Part shown: piece by piece, positions 42,430 through 52,029 of the stretch
Numbering within the stretch: position 1 is the first letter of the stretch
Layout of the letters: each line of letters starts with the position of its first letter
Origin: a virus
Strand: one strand, 5' to 3'
DNA: 64,000 nucleotides
IMG/VR virus record: IMGVR_UViG_3300045988_149331
Coordinates: 36,686-100,685 of that record
Position numbers and translations under genes: made by a program
Notes under the pieces: generated by a model
What the model was told of the DNA's origin: nothing
Database searches by the model: none
Seen by the model: only the letters and a program-made list of their open reading frames with translations

Positions 42430-43965
42430 TCATCTTCGTGAGCCTTGGACTGAATATCTTCCTCGGAAGGGTTGGCTGAGGTCATAACTGATTTGATTTA
42501 ATGGGACGTATATTAATGAGGTCTTGGCGCGGGTGATAGCCACATACGCCAAATTTCGTTCTTGTTCTAACTGCCACGGCTGTGTAGCGTACCGTGACGG
42601 GATGAGTTCTGGAGCCAGGAAGAACACGTTGTCGTTCTCCAGCCCCTTCGATTTGTGGATCGTCATGAGGAGTATGCCCTTGACGTCGTCGGTAAAAATT
42701 CCCTCGATTATTTCACGCAATTCGTCAACGGTATCGGCCTCAACGGCCAAGGCGCGGATAACCTCAATCTTCTCGTAGAGTTCTTCTACTTTGAGTGACG
42801 TTTCAGGTCTGTTCCACCCCTTTTTACGTAGTTTCTCCAAGAGTTTATCCACCTCCTCAGACATCAGTTTTTCCAACTGGTCGATGGTTCGCGCTCCGGT
42901 CTTGTCGATTAGGTCGATCAACCCACGGCCAATATCCTTACCGCGAATACTGGATTTGATCTTGTTCTTTAACAGCCACAGGTACACCTCTACCAGCGGG
43001 CGCAAGTTACGACAAATGATCCAGTCGCCGTCTTCAATATCGTTGAGTGATCCGACATACACCTCGCCTTCATGAGCGCGTTCGTACGGACGGACGTAGG
43101 GAACGTATTTCTCAGCCTCTTCAACGATACGTCGTCCACAGCGATAACATACCGACAACGGCATTTCAACGCTTTCGCCATTCAATGACGCCAACCGTGC
43201 ATAGCTGTTAGCATCCGCACCCGCAAAACCGTATATTGCCTGACGGGGGTCACCAACGGTTATCAACCGTGAACGGCGATCCAAGGCCCGTTTTATGAGT
43301 TCGTGTTGAAGGAGCGACATGTCTTGGCTCTCGTCAACCATTATCACCTCATATTTACGGAATTTAATCGTGGGGTCGGTGACTGGAACGTACAACATAT
43401 CGGTAAAGTCGAACTGAGTGTGGTCGGCCTGCGCCAGTGCAAAGGTCTCCAGTGCTAACTGCTTTTCAAGCGTACCGCAGTCGATGTCGTGATACTCGCA
43501 CAACGCCTCAATTTCGCCGATTTCAGGACGGCAAAGTGCTGTGCGCATCAGGTCTACTATCTTCGGTATAAGATAGTACAAATAGCCCTTTTTGCATCGC
43601 CTCAACAGTTCCTGAGTTTCAGGATCGCGGGCGTGACGCTTGAGGACTATTTCGATTTTAGTGAGTGTCTTGTTGGGGTTCATGATGGCCTTATTACCGT
43701 ATCGCCGTAAAAGCAATCGCCAACCGTAGCTGTGAAGCGTCATGATGTCCACGTTGGGACGCTTATTGCGGGCGATCAACTCTTTGACGATAGACGTATT
43801 GAAGGCCATAAAGATTATGGACTTACCGCGCGGGATGCGCTCTAAACACCCCAACAGCGTGGTGGTCTTACCACTACCAGCCACCGCATTCACGTTGATG
43901 TTGTGGTTGGTAGTGGCTACCTCGGTGTATATTGCTTGCTGATAGGGTGAGGGCTCGAAAGCCAT
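42430..43965 (-). CDS. UvrD/PcrA-like superfamily 1 DNA helicase
   Basis: AVAGSGKTTTLL (I), IMVDESQDMS (II), GDPRQAIYGF (III), TIHKSKGLE (V), LAYVAITRAK (VI). Confidence 0.8.
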   Translation of the reverse strand: MAFEPSPYQQAIYTEVATTNHNINVNAVAGSGKTTTLLGCLERIPRGKSIIFMAFNTSIVKELIARNKRPNVDIMTLHSYGWRLLLRRYGNKAIMNPNKTLTKIEIVLKRHARDPETQELLRRCKKGYLYYLIPKIVDLMRTALCRPEIGEIEALCEYHDIDCGTLEKQLALETFALAQADHTQFDFTDMLYVPVTDPTIKFRKYEVIMVDESQDMSLLQHELIKRALDRRSRLITVGDPRQAIYGFAGADANSYARLASLNGESVEMPLSVCYRCGRRIVEEAEKYVPYVRPYERAHEGEVYVGSLNDIEDGDWIICRNLRPLVEVYLWLLKNKIKSSIRGKDIGRGLIDLIDKTGARTIDQLEKLMSEEVDKLLEKLRKKGWNRPETSLKVEELYEKIEVIRALAVEADTVDELREIIEGIFTDDVKGILLMTIHKSKGLENDNVFFLAPELIPSRYATQPWQLEQERNLAYVAITRAKTSLIYVPLNQISYDLSQPFRGRYSVQGSRR

Positions 43966-43995
43966 AACAATCTTGTTTTACAATTCAATACTCGT

Positions 43996-44319
43996 TTATC
44001 CGCGAGTCGATGCCCAATATATCCACTTGACGCTTTTGTGGAACTGGAAATGGAGGGCTTTCTGGTTTTGAACGATGGCTTCCAATTTCGACAGCACCGC
44101 CGCTTTACCGCGGTTCATGTCCACCGACTCTGAGCGTATAAACGCTGTAACGTCGTACCCGACCACCTCGCAATAGTCAATCGACGCCACATTAGATTCT
44201 ACCGAAGGGGTGAATTTGTTCACCAAGAACACCAACGGTTCCTGGCCGTACATCCAAACCTCCAACAGCGCAAAACCACTTTCGAGGATGGTGGTGATGA
44301 TTTCAATCTTTCTTTCCAT
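43996..44319 (-). CDS. hypothetical protein
   Basis: 107-aa co-directional ORF. Confidence 0.45.
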   Translation of the reverse strand: MERKIEIITTILESGFALLEVWMYGQEPLVFLVNKFTPSVESNVASIDYCEVVGYDVTAFIRSESVDMNRGKAAVLSKLEAIVQNQKALHFQFHKSVKWIYWASTRG

Positions 44320-44941
44320 TGTGATAATACTTTTTGATGTTTTTCAACAGTTTCTTCATTCTTACCAGCGCCCGGCTATAAAGGCTTTCAGTAACGTCGG
44401 GGTTGTCGGCCAAGAATTCTGACTTACGCTGACCACTGAGACGTGATAACGATATACGGCGTTCTAACTCAGTGAAGCCAAAATTATCAAAGGTTATTTC
44501 TATGTCGTTGATGTGGTCGGGGGTGCGCATCGACGGGTGCGATGACTCCATGCCGTCGGAAATTTCAGCGTGACGCGCCTTGAGGTTTTTCTTGTAGAGT
44601 GTGTAGAAATTACGAGCGATGGACTTGTTAAAATAGAAATAGAAATTCGCTCCCGGTAGGATGGTGAATTTCTCCAAGCATTTATCAAACATCGCGTAAC
44701 AATCAGCAATCGCTTCATCGCGCGAAGGAATATCCGGCGCGTTTGATCCGTTTAACAGGTTGATGTAGTTAGTTATGTTTTTCAACACTATGGTCCCCAT
44801 CATCCTGAACACCAAATTACGATAGGCTGCAGCGCGACGCGGATCGTCACAATGGCGTATAATTAGGATATATTTATTCACCAGACCGATTCGGTATTTG
44901 AACGCCTGGCGAAACATTTGACCCTCGACCGTCCTTCTCAT
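44303..44941 (-). CDS. sigma-70-family-like (ECF-sized) transcription factor
   Basis: Region-2-like DEAIADCYAMFDKCLEKF...FYFYFNKSIARNFYTLYKK; region-4-like FTELERRISLSRLSGQRKSEFL...SLYSRALVRMKKLL. Confidence 0.45.
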   Translation of the reverse strand: MRRTVEGQMFRQAFKYRIGLVNKYILIIRHCDDPRRAAAYRNLVFRMMGTIVLKNITNYINLLNGSNAPDIPSRDEAIADCYAMFDKCLEKFTILPGANFYFYFNKSIARNFYTLYKKNLKARHAEISDGMESSHPSMRTPDHINDIEITFDNFGFTELERRISLSRLSGQRKSEFLADNPDVTESLYSRALVRMKKLLKNIKKYYHNGKKD

Positions 44942-44949
44942 AAGCCCTG

Positions 44950-45279
44950 CTATTTTTTCATCATGGCCTTACCCTCAGCGCGAACAGCAGCCAATTTGGC
45001 GGCACGCTCGGGGGCGATCTCCTTTTTGAAATGCTCGTGTGAACGGCGTTTCAGTGATTCCTGCTTCTGTTCCTTAGACATAGCGCGGAACCTACCAAAG
45101 TATATGCCGCTCAAATCTGCCGGGGCTTCCTTGGGGACCTCTTCACGTATATGCCCACAATGAGGGCACGGCGATTGCTTGCAATACGGCTGGCCGTCAC
45201 GCATAACAAAGCTAACCGATGAATAGTAGTCACGCTGGTCGTAGCGCGGACACTCGGGGTTCTTGCAAACGAATTCCAT
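44950..45279 (-). CDS. zinc-ribbon protein
   Basis: CKNPECP...(33 aa)...CPHCG. Confidence 0.45.
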   Translation of the reverse strand: MEFVCKNPECPRYDQRDYYSSVSFVMRDGQPYCKQSPCPHCGHIREEVPKEAPADLSGIYFGRFRAMSKEQKQESLKRRSHEHFKKEIAPERAAKLAAVRAEGKAMMKK

Positions 45280-45288
45280 AGGGCGTAT

Positions 45289-45765
45289 TTATTGACGGCT
45301 GCCATACAACGCAATCAGCATTGCGTCACAGGTGGCCAGTGTTACATTGAACGTAGGGAATAGCTGTTGGGCCTTGGCTTTGAGTTTGTTCTTCCACTCG
45401 GTTTTAGACATCGTTTTGCCGCGCCCGCCCAATTGAAACTCCTTCTGCCACTTTTGGGGAGTAACGGTTTCCGTAGGTATTCGACACGCCAAGAGAGCCA
45501 TCTCCAAGTGTCCATATCCACGGCCAAAGTTAAACATAGCGTTGGCGCCGTTACCCGGTATGCCGCCGACCTTCTCCAAATAGCACTTGGAGTTCAACGA
45601 ATGGAGTTTCAAAAACGCCAAAAGGTCGGTCGGAGTTTCAGGCATTTTGATAGCCACGATGAGACGCCCCTGGGTGATGGAGTAAACCCCGATGCCGCCA
45701 GCGGCTCCGGGGTCAATACCGATTATGAGTCGGTCCTTGTAGTAGGTTGTGACGGAAGGTTTCAT
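45289..45765 (-). CDS. RuvC-like Holliday junction resolvase
   Basis: IIGIDPGAAGGIG (first Asp), CYLEKV (Glu), ...ATCDAMLIALYG (terminal Asp). Confidence 0.7.
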   Translation of the reverse strand: MKPSVTTYYKDRLIIGIDPGAAGGIGVYSITQGRLIVAIKMPETPTDLLAFLKLHSLNSKCYLEKVGGIPGNGANAMFNFGRGYGHLEMALLACRIPTETVTPQKWQKEFQLGGRGKTMSKTEWKNKLKAKAQQLFPTFNVTLATCDAMLIALYGSRQ

Positions 45766-45807
45766 CGTTATATCTTATTTTTGAACTATAAGATAATAAC
45801 GTTGTAA

Positions 45808-47679
45808 TCAAACGTACCTTGACACTTTGTCTATCTTCCTCACTGTGAGTTTGTTCTTCGCCGAAAAGTCGGCCGATACGTTCTGGGTGATCATCATCGA
45901 CGTGATACCCACATTTTCGAGCGTCCGGATGATGTGTTCCTGACCCATGGAGTCAATACCGTGGAACGCCTCATCCAGCAGTATCATATCCAACCCGCGC
46001 CCGTCGGTAGACATATTGATAAGTCGATTCAACCCGATCAGCGAAGCCAACGCCACGCGCCCGCGCTCTGCACCAGAGTGGATGCCGTACACGTCAGCGT
46101 TCAGGCCGTCCGACTGGATGTACACATCGATCTTGTCGCGGACGTTACCGTCTTTGGTCATAGTGAAGCCGTTGATGAGTACCGTCACGTCCAGCCCGAA
46201 CTTTTCAAGATAGACGTTGGTCATTCCCTCCAGTACTTTCAACGACTTATTCGCCAAGAACGTCAGGAAGCCGTTTTTACCCATGTGAAAGTCCCAGAAG
46301 GACAGTGACTCGGTTAGGTAACGAAAGTCCGCTAATTCGGCCTTGGCGGCCTTAATTTCAGCCTTCACGGTTTTGATCTTAGCCTCGGCGGCCTTTACCG
46401 ATGTGTCGTTGTCGGCGGCTCGCTTGGATTCTTCAATACGTTTCGCCAAATCGGCCCGGCGGCGTTCAGTTTCATCCATCTGACGCTTCAGGCGATCGGC
46501 GCGCTCACGAATAGCCGTCATGTTGCGTTTCACGCGGGTGAGTTCAGCCGACACCTGCTCATAGTCACGCTGTTTTTCTTCAAGGTCCTCCAAGGCTTTT
46601 TCAGCCTTTTTAATCCCCGCCGCCATCTGTTCGTCGTCACGCTCACGCTGGGCGATGATACAACGTATCTGGTCAGGAGTGAGATCGAGTTCGCTGTTGG
46701 GGATAAACTGCTCGCCGCACTTGGGGCACGAGATAACGCCTTCCAACGCCAATTCTAACTCTTCCTTTGCGCGGCGGTTCTTCTTGCGTGCTTTGCGGGC
46801 GGCGTCGATCTTCTCCTCGGCTGCGGCGATATCTTCCTCAAAGTTCGGTGCTGCTTCCAGTTGGCGTTCAAACTGCCCGCGCTTCGTCTTTTCAGCCTCG
46901 AATTCTTCACGAATGGCCTTGACTTGAAGACCGAGCGCAGCGGCGTCCTTAATGTACCCTTCCAACAGCCCAGTCATTCCGGCGATGTTGGCCGCTGCCG
47001 ACGTGTTGGCCTTCAACTCAGCGAGGTTCTCTTCAAGGGTTTCACGGCGTGTGTCCAACGTCAAAATCTTGGTTTCATACTCTGCGACACGATCAGTCGC
47101 GGCCTTGTAGTCAGCCTTGATGGCGTCGAGTACAGGTTGGAGCATGTCGGCATTGGTAATGCGGTTCAGAATCTCTTTCTTGGTGGCGTCGGGAGCGGTA
47201 AGAAAATTGTACTGGCGGTCTTGGCTGATGATGTAATAGCGGAGCAGGTCCTCGCGGCTCAACCCCAGCAACTCCAGTATGCGCTTATCGACCTCGGCAA
47301 CGGACGTCAACTCGGTGTTCAAGTGGTCGTTTTCGTACAATGCCGCCTTGGCGCTTTTCTTACGATAGAAACGGCGGCAGACTTCCATAGTCTGGTGAAG
47401 AACGTCGTTCGCCAGCCGCATCATCACCCACGCTTCGTCGCTATCGCGGTTGATAGCCTTATCGCGTGTGATAGGCGTATCGCGCGGCAGCAGGTCGCCA
47501 GTCAACGCTAACGCAATAGCCTCGAAAAGCGTCGATTTTCCTGCCCCGTTGTTAAGTACGCCACGGTCGGTTTGGTTGTCGCCAAAGATCACCGTACACT
47601 CACCACGCTTGAACGTGACCTCAGCGCGGTCGCGAAAAGCGAACAGGCCGCCAAATTCTATTTTTACAGGATACCACAT
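45808..47679 (-). CDS. Rad50/SbcC-like ATPase (T4 gp46-like)
   Basis: Walker A NNGAGKSTLFEAI, long coiled coil with CPKCG zinc hook, signature and Walker B LILLDEAFHGID. Confidence 0.8.
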   Translation of the reverse strand: MWYPVKIEFGGLFAFRDRAEVTFKRGECTVIFGDNQTDRGVLNNGAGKSTLFEAIALALTGDLLPRDTPITRDKAINRDSDEAWVMMRLANDVLHQTMEVCRRFYRKKSAKAALYENDHLNTELTSVAEVDKRILELLGLSREDLLRYYIISQDRQYNFLTAPDATKKEILNRITNADMLQPVLDAIKADYKAATDRVAEYETKILTLDTRRETLEENLAELKANTSAAANIAGMTGLLEGYIKDAAALGLQVKAIREEFEAEKTKRGQFERQLEAAPNFEEDIAAAEEKIDAARKARKKNRRAKEELELALEGVISCPKCGEQFIPNSELDLTPDQIRCIIAQRERDDEQMAAGIKKAEKALEDLEEKQRDYEQVSAELTRVKRNMTAIRERADRLKRQMDETERRRADLAKRIEESKRAADNDTSVKAAEAKIKTVKAEIKAAKAELADFRYLTESLSFWDFHMGKNGFLTFLANKSLKVLEGMTNVYLEKFGLDVTVLINGFTMTKDGNVRDKIDVYIQSDGLNADVYGIHSGAERGRVALASLIGLNRLINMSTDGRGLDMILLDEAFHGIDSMGQEHIIRTLENVGITSMMITQNVSADFSAKNKLTVRKIDKVSRYV

Positions 47680-47681
47680 AT

Positions 47682-48737
47682 CTACAATTCTTTTAACATC
47701 GCCAAGCCTTCTTTCATCCGCTCGCCGCGTATTTCACGTTCCTTACAGAACTCTATGAAGTTCTTAACGATGGTCGATTTACGGAACGTCACCACTTTTT
47801 CAGGGTCGGCTGCTGTAGCCATCGCCGCAGTGGTTTCGTCGGCTTGAAACTTGATCTCGATGCCCGCGGCGGCGAACTCCGAGGCGTTGAGTTTTTCACA
47901 ATCGGCTTTTGAGCCAGTTACAACGATTCTGACGCGATCAAAGTCTTCACCGGAGTACTTATCCATGAGGTTACGTAAAGTTGCTGTATCGGTCGCTACA
48001 ACAGTTTCGCGGATATACCGCGGAAAGCGTAACGAGCGGTGTTCCCACGTGCCGTCGCTGTAGACAATGGTGACGCCCTTGTCGTCGGCTGTTTCGCCAA
48101 AGTTGTTCTGACACATCGAACCGAGGTAGTACACCTTATCGCCAACCTGCGAAGCGTTGTGATAGTGCCCTACAAACACGGCGTCGTAGTTACGGAACAT
48201 ATCCGGGCGAATATCGCTTTCAACCTGCGTACCGTCGTTATTCCGTACCCCTTCCACGGCCACGTGAGTAATCATGAAACGTGGGCCGTCGAATTTTCTT
48301 CGCTCAAGACCATTATCAACGGCCAATTTCTCTTCCAACCATTTGGAGTCGCCGTAATACGGTATCAGCACGAACGAGACACCGCCGTACTCAAACTCCG
48401 ACGCTTGACTAACAACAGTAGCCTTACCGGGGCACACGCTGAGGTAGCTGCGGTCGGAGTCGGCGTCGGTCTTATCGTGGTTGCCGGGAATGGCTACTAT
48501 CTCCAAGCCGCGGTCGTTGGCTTCTTCAGTGATAGCCCGCCACGTGTCCAGAACCTCCAAAGGTTGTGCCGAGCGGGACGTGAATACGTCACCGCCCAGA
48601 ATCACAATCTTACAACCTATTTCTTCCGCCAGCGCAAACGTCTGGTCGAACAAGTCCCGGACCACCGCCACGTTATCCTTCGACAGGTGGGGGTCAAAGC
48701 CCAAGATGGCTACCGGGTATTTAGCAGTCTTTTTCAT
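47682..48737 (-). CDS. Mre11/SbcD-like nuclease (T4 gp47-like)
   Basis: Phosphoesterase motifs GFDPH, LGGDVF, IPGNHD, ITHVAV, FVGHYH. Start set to ATG 48737 because the track start overlaps the recA-like gene. Confidence 0.8.
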   Translation of the reverse strand: MKKTAKYPVAILGFDPHLSKDNVAVVRDLFDQTFALAEEIGCKIVILGGDVFTSRSAQPLEVLDTWRAITEEANDRGLEIVAIPGNHDKTDADSDRSYLSVCPGKATVVSQASEFEYGGVSFVLIPYYGDSKWLEEKLAVDNGLERRKFDGPRFMITHVAVEGVRNNDGTQVESDIRPDMFRNYDAVFVGHYHNASQVGDKVYYLGSMCQNNFGETADDKGVTIVYSDGTWEHRSLRFPRYIRETVVATDTATLRNLMDKYSGEDFDRVRIVVTGSKADCEKLNASEFAAAGIEIKFQADETTAAMATAADPEKVVTFRKSTIVKNFIEFCKEREIRGERMKEGLAMLKEL

Positions 48738-48753
48738 ACCGTCTAAAACGTTG

Positions 48754-49884
48754 TTATTCGCTTTCCAACTCGGCCTCTTCGAGCATCTTTTCACGCCAAG
48801 ACTTGAGGTCCTTGTTGCGGGCTGCGGCGATGACCTTCTCCAACGTCTCCAGCGCCGGATTCTGGTCGTAGTAGTGCTGGTAGAGTTCGCGGTCAGATTT
48901 CCATTTCAACTTGCCGTTCATGAACGAGAAGACGGTCTTCGACGGCTTGGTGATGATACCACGTTCGACGGCATATTCGATGTCTTCGTCCGAGAGGATG
49001 ATACCGTACCCCAACAAGATACGGATGTAGGTCTTTTGGCGTGAACCAAAGTCGTTCTTAATGACCTTCACCTCTGAAATCTGAGCCACCTCCACGTCGT
49101 CGATCTTCTTCATCTCCGTTACACGCATTTGGAGACGTAGCGTCGGCATGAGTTCAACCCATTCTCCACCAGTACTTTTGCGTGACGTAGCGCCCATGAC
49201 GTTTTGGTCGTACTGGTGATTAAGGATCACGAAATGGATCACGTTAGTGTAGCAAAGCCCAACCAATCCTTTGGCGAACATCTTAGCCGATTTAGCAAAC
49301 GCCATCATCTTAGGCTCTTGTAACTTTTCCAGTTCTTCACCCTTGGCGGCAGCCTTGTCCATATTATCGACATTAGCGCGGAGGGCGTCATATTCGGCCT
49401 TGGAAAGCGTGGCACCCAGCGAGTCCCAAAGAAAGAAGAACCGCGGCTTCTCCTTGATGCCGGCTTCGGCAAACAACTCGTGAGCGTCCTTGACGAACTT
49501 GCTCACGCGGACAAACATTTGCTCCACGTAGCGGATTTTGATGATGACCACGCGCGAAGGGTCTATGCCTAATTGGACGGCGTAGTCCTTGTTATCGCGG
49601 TTTTCAGACGAAAGGATACACGCCAGGCCGGTATCAGGATTCTCGGCCAGAAAGTATTTCATCGCCTCCAACCCCTCGGTGGTCTTACCGCTGCGGCTAC
49701 GCCCGGCAATTTCGATGATACCCGTCGGAAGGCCATAGGTGCGCAAGTTCCAGTTCAATTCCGGGCTGCCGGTATAAGCCCACGATTTGATCTCCGAAAA
49801 GCCGTCTTTCTTCTTGAAAGTGATGACGTCTTCAGAGTTGAACCTGGCGGCGAGTTTTGATAAAATTGATGATGTTTTAGCCAT
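48754..49884 (-). CDS. RecA/UvsX-family recombinase-like ATPase
   Basis: GLPTGIIEIAGRSRSGKTT (Walker A), FFFLWDSLGAT (Walker B). Confidence 0.6.
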   Translation of the reverse strand: MAKTSSILSKLAARFNSEDVITFKKKDGFSEIKSWAYTGSPELNWNLRTYGLPTGIIEIAGRSRSGKTTEGLEAMKYFLAENPDTGLACILSSENRDNKDYAVQLGIDPSRVVIIKIRYVEQMFVRVSKFVKDAHELFAEAGIKEKPRFFFLWDSLGATLSKAEYDALRANVDNMDKAAAKGEELEKLQEPKMMAFAKSAKMFAKGLVGLCYTNVIHFVILNHQYDQNVMGATSRKSTGGEWVELMPTLRLQMRVTEMKKIDDVEVAQISEVKVIKNDFGSRQKTYIRILLGYGIILSDEDIEYAVERGIITKPSKTVFSFMNGKLKWKSDRELYQHYYDQNPALETLEKVIAAARNKDLKSWREKMLEEAELESE

Positions 49885-49895
49885 GATAAGGTTTA

Positions 49896-49927
49896 GTTAA
49901 AACGGCTGGCCAACTCGTAAGCCAGCC
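49896..49927 (-). terminator. rho-independent terminator-like hairpin
   Basis: Stem GGCTGGC/GCCAGCC (49904-49910 / 49921-49927), followed on minus strand by GTTTTAAC. Confidence 0.5.
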
Positions 49928-49957
49928 AGCCGCGGGAAAATGATGGAAACGCAGGAA

Positions 49958-51229
49958 CTATTTCTTGCCGAGTTTGGCGCGGATCGAAGCCAGCGAGCGG
50001 GCAGCAGGGCTTTCCTTTTCAGGTTCCGGTTCGTCGTCGAGTTCAGGTTCCGGCTCAGGCTCGGCCTCCGGTTCCGGCTCCTCGAGACCGAGGGCCTCGC
50101 GGATAGCGGCGCGAATCTGATCGTCGGTCGTGGACTTGTAGACCTTCACCGTGTCGCCGAGACCGTTGTCGCGGATGAACGCCTTGAGTTCGGCGCGGTC
50201 CATGTCAGCCAGCGGATCGTCGTCAGCGGCTGCGGGCTCCGGCTCTGCGTCAGGCTCGTCGTCGAGTTCAGGTTCCTCCTCCACAGGCTCCGGTACGCGA
50301 ACGCCCGGACGGTTCTTCTTGGTGCGAACGGGCGGCACGTCGTCTTCCTCGTCAACGTCACGACGTTTGGCGGCTTTCTTGGTGACCTTCTTCTTGGGCT
50401 CGTCGTCGGACTCGGCGTACTGAGCGCGGACCTTCTCCACGATCTCCAGCCATTCGTCGTCGCTGAAGATGTCGATACCGTTGGCCTCGTCGAAATTCTG
50501 GAGACCCTCCAGCGCTTTCTCGAACATTTCCAGCGTGTACGTTCCGGCGACCTCCTCGATGGGCTTCAGTTTCATGAACTTTTCGATGGCCTCGTCGGTC
50601 AGGGCGCATGCCTTGGGCTTCTTGCCGAGCGACACATCGTAGTAGTTCTCGCCCTTCTTCTTGTTGGGGTTCTTGATGTACTTGACGAACAGCGGCAGAC
50701 CCTCGTCGGGATCGGTGAACGGATCAGTCTCGATGGGTTCGTCCTCGTCTTCAGTGATGGCCAGGCGGTTCAGCGCGTCACGAACCGACTTCTTGAACTC
50801 CCACAGTTTGGGTTCCATGCCGTCTTCCTTCACCTCAGCGGCGTAGCACAGCCACGTCAGCGAAGGCAGCAGGCTGTCGCGCTGTGCCGTAACAGCAGCC
50901 ACGGCGGCTTCCGAGCCATGCGTCTTGACGTAGGCTACATACTCCTGGACGATGTCCATTGCGGTCTTGGCGTGGAACACAGAGTCCAGTACCGTACCGC
51001 GGCGATCGTCGCCGGCGTCAGTCACGAACGGCAGCCAGTAGCACTTGCGTGGTACGTAGAAATTGTCGTGGCCGGGGTGAGCCGGGAAGATGCGAATCTT
51101 CATCAGCCGCCCGTCCTCCAGCTGAAGGAACTCGGCGTTGCCGTTGTTGAGCATCGAGTTGTCTTCGTCGATGCGGGCTTTGAGTTTCTTGATTGGCGTT
51201 GCTTTAAGCAACTTTCGAGCATCATTCAT
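49958..51229 (-). CDS. hypothetical protein with long acidic (E/P/D) C-terminal region; possible ssDNA-binding protein by position
   Basis: 423-aa ORF between the recombinase and polymerase genes; EPEPEAEPEPEPELDDEPEPE tail; function from position only. Confidence 0.45.
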   Translation of the reverse strand: MNDARKLLKATPIKKLKARIDEDNSMLNNGNAEFLQLEDGRLMKIRIFPAHPGHDNFYVPRKCYWLPFVTDAGDDRRGTVLDSVFHAKTAMDIVQEYVAYVKTHGSEAAVAAVTAQRDSLLPSLTWLCYAAEVKEDGMEPKLWEFKKSVRDALNRLAITEDEDEPIETDPFTDPDEGLPLFVKYIKNPNKKKGENYYDVSLGKKPKACALTDEAIEKFMKLKPIEEVAGTYTLEMFEKALEGLQNFDEANGIDIFSDDEWLEIVEKVRAQYAESDDEPKKKVTKKAAKRRDVDEEDDVPPVRTKKNRPGVRVPEPVEEEPELDDEPDAEPEPAAADDDPLADMDRAELKAFIRDNGLGDTVKVYKSTTDDQIRAAIREALGLEEPEPEAEPEPEPELDDEPEPEKESPAARSLASIRAKLGKK

Positions 51230-51993
51230 TTGTTTTTAATTTTATTATGATGAGTAATATGAAAGCCTTTTGGAATTTCTTCCCCTATTTTTATACGTTT
51301 TATCGACTCACCGTCGGTTATATAAACCCTGTTAGAATTAGAAGCACCGATTTTTCGTTTCGTTTCCTCAGACAACGGTTTTCTTTTTACGCCGCGAATA
51401 GAAGCACTTAAACGGCGTTTTGCTTCTTCAGACATTTTGCGTCTTAGTATCAATTTATCCTCGGGGTGTTCGATGTAGCGTTTTCTTTGCGCTTCCGACA
51501 TGCGGAGACGTGATTCAATACTATGTTTTAAGGTCCCATTTTTACGTTTACTTTCGATTGCTTTAGCAATAGATTCTTTGCTCCTTTTTCGTCCTTTCAT
51601 TGCCATTGATATTTTTCTCCGCGTTTCATCTGTAAGTCTTTTATTCTTGTGAAACGTAGAATTTTTAAGCCGAGATGATGGCAATTTTGACGGGTTTATA
51701 TCAGAAGAGCTTACATTTCCATCTGCAATATTGTATCCAAATTTATGGTCTTGTGTTTTGTATAGTTTTATATACACATATTCCCACATGTTCAAATCGT
51801 GAGTAGTCGTACAATATCTCAGAATCCGACGTTCAAAATTCTCGCGACCGTATTTAGCAATGGCCTTAATTATGAGAACGCCGCTACCGAGATAGTAGTT
51901 GTCCCAATATTCGCTTCCTAATGTGTGTTGGCCGACATACTTTTTACCGTTTACTTTATTTGTCGTAAGATATATAAATCCCTTGTATTTCAT
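51226..51993 (-). CDS. free-standing GIY-YIG homing endonuclease (Seg/I-TevI-like)
   Basis: GFIYLTTNKVNGKKYVGQH...GSG; repeated NUMOD-like basic helices; stop overlaps the next start (ATGA 51226-51229); visibly AT-rich versus flanks. Confidence 0.8.
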   Translation of the reverse strand: MKYKGFIYLTTNKVNGKKYVGQHTLGSEYWDNYYLGSGVLIIKAIAKYGRENFERRILRYCTTTHDLNMWEYVYIKLYKTQDHKFGYNIADGNVSSSDINPSKLPSSRLKNSTFHKNKRLTDETRRKISMAMKGRKRSKESIAKAIESKRKNGTLKHSIESRLRMSEAQRKRYIEHPEDKLILRRKMSEEAKRRLSASIRGVKRKPLSEETKRKIGASNSNRVYITDGESIKRIKIGEEIPKGFHITHHNKIKNK

Positions 51994-52029
51994 AACGAAG
52001 ATTTATCATCTTATAACTGACCTCTTAAG

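Noticed and set aside
42294-42485. 63-aa acidic minus-strand ORF bridging the helicase 3' end and the next gene.
   Set aside because: It overlaps both neighbours by 56 nt each and contains the CGCCAACGTTATT intergenic motif, so it is more likely non-coding. A frameshifted helicase C-terminus cannot be fully excluded.
49940-51250. Long plus-strand ORFs: 49940-51250 (436 aa), 60213-61271 (352 aa), 4895-5833 (312 aa), 9152-9988, 2627-3448, 48039-48746 and many shorter ones.
   Set aside because: Each lies antisense to a minus-strand gene with clear motifs. Their translations are low-complexity (V/G/L/R/H-rich) with no recognisable domains. They break the strictly co-directional, overlapping gene organisation. 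They are treated as shadow ORFs.
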